DNA from: a bacterium
GTDB lineage: Bacteria; Electryoneota; Electryoneia; Electryoneales; Electryoneaceae
Direction: 5' to 3'
Assembly: GCA_043801585.1 (NCBI GenBank)
Contig: JAZDLX010000071.1
Span: 1 to 10,825, forward strand
Length of the DNA stretch: 10,825 nt
Position 1 is the first letter of the stretch. Every line of letters begins with the position of its first letter. The position numbers were made by a program, and so were the translations under genes. The notes beneath the pieces were generated by a model. The model was not told where the DNA came from. It made no database searches and saw nothing but the letters and a program-made list of their open reading frames with translations. Of this stretch, positions 6,208 to 10,825 are shown piece after piece.

Positions 6208-7986
6208 CTACCAAATGGTTTCGATCTTCGCCCCCTTGTAGAAATGTGCCAGGATCTTGTCGTAGCTCTTGCCGTTGACAGCCATCACACCGGCTGCGGT
6301 CTGGTCCATGCCGACGCCGTGCCCGAAGCCGGCGCCGAGCAGGATCACCTCCACCGGGTCGCCCATGTCGCCCATCACCAGATCCACGATAAAACAGGAG
6401 CTGTTCAGCGCACTCTCCGAAAGGACCCGGCGAATGTTCAGCTCGCCCCTGACCTTGTGGTTGCGATGGCTGCCGAGGATCTCCAGCTCGGTAATCCGCC
6501 CGGAAACACCACGCTCGAGCGGCTGGATGTCGATCAGGGTGCCGATGTCGAAGCCGAGTTTACGCTGGATGATGTCCTCGAGGTCACGACGGGCGTAACG
6601 GACTTCCCAGCGGAAATAGCGTGTGTTCCGGTCGAGGATGTCGATGCCCGTGTTCCGCGGGTTCGACCAGGTTTCGGGGTAGGAGCGCACCCACTTCTGA
6701 ACGTCAACATCCTTCGTCAGGTCGTAAGGAAATTTCTTCGCCGCTTTCGAGTCCATTACCGGAGCGCCGATAAGGTAGGATTCACCCGGCGGCATCCAGT
6801 ACTCCTTGCTTTCGGTGTGACCGCCGCTGTTGCTGTGGAAAAAGGCTTCGCAGACTCGATTGCCGATTTTCAGCACCTGCCCTGAGGTTTCATCAACGGC
6901 CTTCGTTGTTGCCTCATGCTCCCGTGTCACTCCGCTGAACACCTGGAAAAGAACCGTTGCCGGAAAGTCGATGGGATCGTTCGCTGGACGGCTGGCGAGT
7001 TTGGCCACGGTGTAGCTGCGTGCCGCCACCGCCTGGGCTTTCAGCGCTTCCAGCGGATAGGTGTAGTGCATCTCGGAGGGGATGACACCCTTCAGGTAAT
7101 CGTCAAGTATCAGCTCGTTGATCACCAGCAGATTTCCCCCGTTGTCAATGCGGACTTCGATCACGCCACGGTACACCCGGTCTTCGGTGTGTTCCCAGTG
7201 GAAACCGACACCCACACGCAATCCATAGATCGTTACTTCGGTGGCGGTGTCCTCGGGAACGATGCGGAATCCGAGGTCGAGGATTGCGGATTTATCGTAC
7301 TCGGCATCGTACACCTCGACCTTGCCATCGGGATCACTGATACGGTGGCGAAGGATGCGGGGGTGGAGATCATCAGTGCGTTCCGAGAGTCTTTCGAACA
7401 GCGGCCGGGCCTGTTCTTCACGTTCGTATGCCCCGACGATGACCATCCACCGCATGCCCTCATGGATCACATTGCCGCCGATCTGGACTTCGCGGCCCAA
7501 TGGCAGCACCCGTGCGGGGTGTTCCTCTTCGCGGAGCGACCCGGCGAGAGTTTCCGCCTCCTTCTCGGTATTGCAGGTATCCACGAGGATGCTATAGACG
7601 AATTTGGCCGGTGTGCCGCTCTCGACTTTGCATCGCCAGCGCAAATCTGTATGAATCTTGTTATAAATCGTTTTATCGTTGATGTCGGTGAGTCGGAAAG
7701 GACCTTTTACACGAAAATCAACCTGACCGTAGCCATCCAGCAGTCCGACGCGAACAAGCGGCTGTGAGCCTTTGACGACTCGGGAAGCAGTGGGTGAGGC
7801 GGTGGAGGGAGTGGTGGTGCCTTCGATCGAAGGTGTCATCGGGCCTGTCTCCTTCAGAGGTGCAGCACAACTTGCAACAATCAATGCGAACGGGGCGAGA
7901 TTCCGAAACAGGCGCGCATTGCTGAATTTTCTCGCCCGTTTCAATTCCCCATGGTCGGGATGAACTCCCGCATACGGGCAATTCAC
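6208..7986 (-). CDS. SpoIID/LytB-domain lytic transglycosylase with a SPOR-like domain; probable lipoprotein
   Basis: SpoIID motifs YLKGVIPSEM (putative catalytic Glu at 7072-7074), EALKAQAVAARSY, FHSNSGGHT and GAGFGHGVGMDQ...ILAHFY. Lipobox-like IVASC (Cys at 7867-7869) followed by a Thr/Ser/Pro linker. The start is uncertain: GTG 7986 overlaps the lysC stop and has GGAAGGA upstream, while TTG 7944 gives a more typical signal-peptide length. Confidence 0.88.
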   Translation of the reverse strand: MNCPYAGVHPDHGELKRARKFSNARLFRNLAPFALIVASCAAPLKETGPMTPSIEGTTTPSTASPTASRVVKGSQPLVRVGLLDGYGQVDFRVKGPFRLTDINDKTIYNKIHTDLRWRCKVESGTPAKFVYSILVDTCNTEKEAETLAGSLREEEHPARVLPLGREVQIGGNVIHEGMRWMVIVGAYEREEQARPLFERLSERTDDLHPRILRHRISDPDGKVEVYDAEYDKSAILDLGFRIVPEDTATEVTIYGLRVGVGFHWEHTEDRVYRGVIEVRIDNGGNLLVINELILDDYLKGVIPSEMHYTYPLEALKAQAVAARSYTVAKLASRPANDPIDFPATVLFQVFSGVTREHEATTKAVDETSGQVLKIGNRVCEAFFHSNSGGHTESKEYWMPPGESYLIGAPVMDSKAAKKFPYDLTKDVDVQKWVRSYPETWSNPRNTGIDILDRNTRYFRWEVRYARRDLEDIIQRKLGFDIGTLIDIQPLERGVSGRITELEILGSHRNHKVRGELNIRRVLSESALNSSCFIVDLVMGDMGDPVEVILLGAGFGHGVGMDQTAAGVMAVNGKSYDKILAHFYKGAKIETIW

Positions 7987-9098
7987 GCCGGATCCTTCCG
8001 AACCTGCAACCAACCGCGCTTAATTATTTCGTTGTGCAAACGGCGCACAGCATCATCTGCTCGTGCCGTTTCAACACAAACCCAAATCTCGGAATCCGTC
8101 GAGATCAATCCGTAAGATTCGATCCGTTCATCTTCAAATGATGAGGTGATGATGGTCTGTAATCCGTCGACACTCCGACCGGACGTCACAACCGTTATTC
8201 CTGACAGCGGAGTGGAATCACCGGGATTTCCCTCCTGCCAGAGGATCCAGCGGCCACGCTGCTCGACGACACGACGCAGTCCATCGCCCGGAGGAAGTGG
8301 ACCGGTGCCCTGGATTCGGGTCAACCCATCCCGCCGCGCGATACCCACTACTTCGCCACAGTCGAAGGGACGGTCCGTGATGATTGTCCCGATTTTATCC
8401 GTGGAACTGTTGCCAAGTGCTAAGGTAACGTGATGATCCTGTGCCAGTCGAGCCGCCTCGCTCTGGAGCGCTTTGGTGCCGCCGCGGGCCATGCGAAGAG
8501 CGCTTCTATAATCCAGTTGTTCGATCAGTTCAGCCCCGGGAACAACGCCAGGATGCGCCGTGTAGATGCCGTTGACATCCTTCATCAGCTCGCAACGGTC
8601 GGCGTTGATCGCTGCGGCGAGAGCGACCGCAGTCAGGTCCGATCCGCCGCGCCCGAGGGTCGTGATCTCCTTGTCGACAGACACGCCCTGGAATCCCGCA
8701 ACCACGACGGTGAATCCCTCTTCCAGCGCCTTCAGCAACCGTGTCGGACGCACATCCACGATGCGCGCTTCACCGTGATGGGTATCCGTGATGATCCCGA
8801 CCTGGCTGCCGGTATAGCTGACCGCGCTTACTCCCTCGGCCTCGAGCGCCATCGCCAGCAGGGCGCAGGATATCCGTTCGCCGACCGATAGCAGCATGTC
8901 CATCTCCCGGCGCGGCGGATTCGGGTTCAGTTCGCGTGCAAGCTCGATCAGGTTATCCGTCGTTGCCGCCATCGCGGAGACGACGATCACGAGCTCGTCG
9001 CCATTCCATTTCATGTCGGCGAGGATCTTGGCAACGGTGCGGAGTTGTTCGGGTTCGCGCAGGCTGCTGCCGCCGTATTTCCGGACGATGCGGGCCAT
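7983..9098 (-). CDS. lysC: aspartate kinase
   Basis: Motifs KYGGSS, VVSAM, DMLLSVGE, VAGFQG and TTLGRGGSD. Starts 1 nt after the dapB stop. The C-terminal half is divergent (see findings). Confidence 0.88.
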   Translation of the reverse strand: MARIVRKYGGSSLREPEQLRTVAKILADMKWNGDELVIVVSAMAATTDNLIELARELNPNPPRREMDMLLSVGERISCALLAMALEAEGVSAVSYTGSQVGIITDTHHGEARIVDVRPTRLLKALEEGFTVVVAGFQGVSVDKEITTLGRGGSDLTAVALAAAINADRCELMKDVNGIYTAHPGVVPGAELIEQLDYRSALRMARGGTKALQSEAARLAQDHHVTLALGNSSTDKIGTIITDRPFDCGEVVGIARRDGLTRIQGTGPLPPGDGLRRVVEQRGRWILWQEGNPGDSTPLSGITVVTSGRSVDGLQTIITSSFEDERIESYGLISTDSEIWVCVETARADDAVRRLHNEIIKRGWLQVRKDPA

Positions 9099-9099
9099 T

Positions 9100-9801
9100 T
9101 CAGAGACCCAGGACGTCTTTCATCGAATATCCCCCCGATCGCTTTCCGTGAAGGAAGCGAACTGCCGGTGCGACACCGTGGGCGAAGGCCATGCGGCTTT
9201 CCGCTCGGTGGATGATTTCAATCTGTTCGCCGTCAACGGCGAACAGGATGCGATGCTCGCCGACCACTTCGCCGATGCGCAGGCTGACAACCTGAACGGA
9301 ACCGCCCTCACGCTCGAGCTGTTCGGCTATTTTCTTCGCCGTTCCCGAGGGCGCGTCCACTTTGTGCTTGTGGTGAGTGTCGACAATGCCCACGTCATAC
9401 TCCTTGCCAAGAATGCGGCGGATGCGTGGCAATTCCTCGAGGAGAAGGTTGACACCCAAAGAGAGGTTCGGCGCAATGATGTGAGCGCAGGAGAGGCGGT
9501 CAAGACGTTGTGCCTGCTCCTTCGAGAAACCGGTCGTCCCGATCAGGATCGGACGACCCAACTCTTCCGCACGCAGCGCATGACGGTAGGCTGCGTCGGG
9601 GAGCGACACATCCACCCAGACATCGCTCTCGAAGGATTCTGAGGTGTCGTCCGGGACGATGGGTATGCCCATCACCTCACGGGCGTCCGTTCCGGGTTTG
9701 TCGATGGCATGGAGGACATCGATGTCCGGTTCACGTTCCAGCGCGGACAACACGGAGCTTCCCATCCGTCCAGCAGCTCCAAACAGGGCAACACGGATCA
9801 T
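9100..9801 (-). CDS. dapB: 4-hydroxy-tetrahydrodipicolinate reductase
   Basis: Rossmann motif GAAGRMG, plus IGTTG, APNLSLGV, HHKHKVDAPSGTA and GEH. Directly downstream of dapA. Confidence 0.96.
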   Translation of the reverse strand: MIRVALFGAAGRMGSSVLSALEREPDIDVLHAIDKPGTDAREVMGIPIVPDDTSESFESDVWVDVSLPDAAYRHALRAEELGRPILIGTTGFSKEQAQRLDRLSCAHIIAPNLSLGVNLLLEELPRIRRILGKEYDVGIVDTHHKHKVDAPSGTAKKIAEQLEREGGSVQVVSLRIGEVVGEHRILFAVDGEQIEIIHRAESRMAFAHGVAPAVRFLHGKRSGGYSMKDVLGL

Positions 9802-9832
9802 CGGCGCCTCGAAAGCTGTCGTTTTACGGCGC

Positions 9833-10738
9833 TCATAGCAGACCCAAAGTTTTCAAATCTTCGTCGATCCGGTGTTCCGTGGATTCGGTAACCGGAGCGA
9901 GCGGTTCACGGACCTCACCGCCCGGAAGATCAAGCCGTTTCATCGCATACTTCACCGGACCCGGACTGCTCTCGGCGAACAGGCTGACACAGAGCGGGAG
10001 CAGCGCGTCATGGATCTTCAGCGCGTCGTTCCGTTTGCCGGATTGATGAAGCTTGAAGAGTTCCACAACTTTTTCCGGAACAAGGTTGGAGAGGACGGAT
10101 ACGACGCCCACTCCGCCCACCTCAAGGATCGGCAGGTTCAGGCTGTCATCGCCGGACATCACCGCCACCGTGCCGCCGAACCTTCGCGACGCTTCCCAGA
10201 TCTGCGCGAGATTTCCAGAGGCCTCCTTCAGCGCACCCACGGATGGGATTTCCATCAACCGGGAGAACGCGGCGGGGGTGAGGTTCGATCCGGTGCGGCT
10301 GGGGACGTTGTAAACCATGATCGGCAGCTCAGGAGTAGCTTCAGCGATCCGGCTGAAATGGCGGACAAGACCCGCCGGAGTCGGTTTGTTGTAATAGGGC
10401 GTAATCATTAGCGCGCCGTCCACGCCGAGCTTCGCGGCTGTCAACGTCCGGTCCACCGATTTCTGGGTGTTGTTTGTCCCGGTTCCCGCGACCACCCACG
10501 CTTTTCCCTTGGCAAGGTTGACAGTGATCTCGATAACTTTTGCCCATTCGTCCGCATCGAGCGCGGGAGTCTCACCGGTCGTTCCGCAGGGGACGAGGCC
10601 GTGGATTCCGGCGTCGAGCTGGCGTTTGACCAGGGTTTCGAGACCCGGTTCATCGAGCTTCCCATGTGAATCAAAAGGCGTGATAATCGCGGTGAAGACG
10701 CCTTCCCAGGGGACGCGCCGCGTGGCAGTGTCGCTCAT
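9833..10738 (-). CDS. dapA: 4-hydroxy-tetrahydrodipicolinate synthase
   Basis: Motifs TAIITPF, GTTGE, PYYNKP, YNVPSRTG, the Schiff-base Lys in KEASG, and SGDD. Start moved to ATG 10738 (TAAGGA RBS); 301 aa. Confidence 0.97.
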   Translation of the reverse strand: MSDTATRRVPWEGVFTAIITPFDSHGKLDEPGLETLVKRQLDAGIHGLVPCGTTGETPALDADEWAKVIEITVNLAKGKAWVVAGTGTNNTQKSVDRTLTAAKLGVDGALMITPYYNKPTPAGLVRHFSRIAEATPELPIMVYNVPSRTGSNLTPAAFSRLMEIPSVGALKEASGNLAQIWEASRRFGGTVAVMSGDDSLNLPILEVGGVGVVSVLSNLVPEKVVELFKLHQSGKRNDALKIHDALLPLCVSLFAESSPGPVKYAMKRLDLPGGEVREPLAPVTESTEHRIDEDLKTLGLL

Positions 10739-10825
10739 GGTGATTGTCCTTATTGCTACGGGTGGGCGGATTTGACTGTGCGTTCTCGGTCGCGCAATCA
10801 AGCCAAAGGTGAACGTAGATAACTG

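Noticed and set aside
7941..7952. Mini-ORF ATG GGG AAT TGA overlapping the alternative TTG start of the SpoIID gene
   Set aside because: The nearest SD-like GGGAG is 12 nt away and such 3-codon ORFs arise by chance; there is no independent support.
6208..7986. SpoIID domain as evidence of endospore formation
   Set aside because: SpoIID/LytB domains are widespread in non-sporulating bacteria, and no other sporulation genes are present.
9100..9801. DapB is short (233 aa) and has DTHH rather than ExHH
   Set aside because: Short DapB forms are known, the catalytic His/Lys motif is intact, and the E-to-D change is conservative.
10739..10825. Possible lysine riboswitch or promoter upstream of dapA
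   Set aside because: Only 87 nt are visible, with no recognisable aptamer, terminator or convincing -35/-10 pair.

Overview
A GC-rich bacterial chromosomal segment with ten co-directional minus-strand genes. In transcription order (right to left): dapA, dapB, aspartate kinase (lysC-type, with a diverged nucleotide-binding lobe and a shortened ACT region), a probable lipoprotein carrying a SPOR-like domain plus a SpoIID/LytB lytic-transglycosylase domain, two tandem paralogous GT-C (AftB-like) membrane glycosyltransferases, a secreted dienelactone-hydrolase-family enzyme, a secreted glycerophosphodiester phosphodiesterase with a Lys/Pro tail, a hotdog thioesterase, and a dCMP-deaminase/ComEB-family gene that runs off the left edge and is absent from the ORF track. 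Terminator-like hairpins flank the GT-C pair. I saw no mobile element, CRISPR array or RNA gene. Most of the window is housekeeping. The best candidate for an undescribed system is the cell-envelope module (DAP genes + SPOR-SpoIID lipoprotein + GT-C pair), and that link is inference only. All family assignments come from motif recognition by eye, not from database searches.
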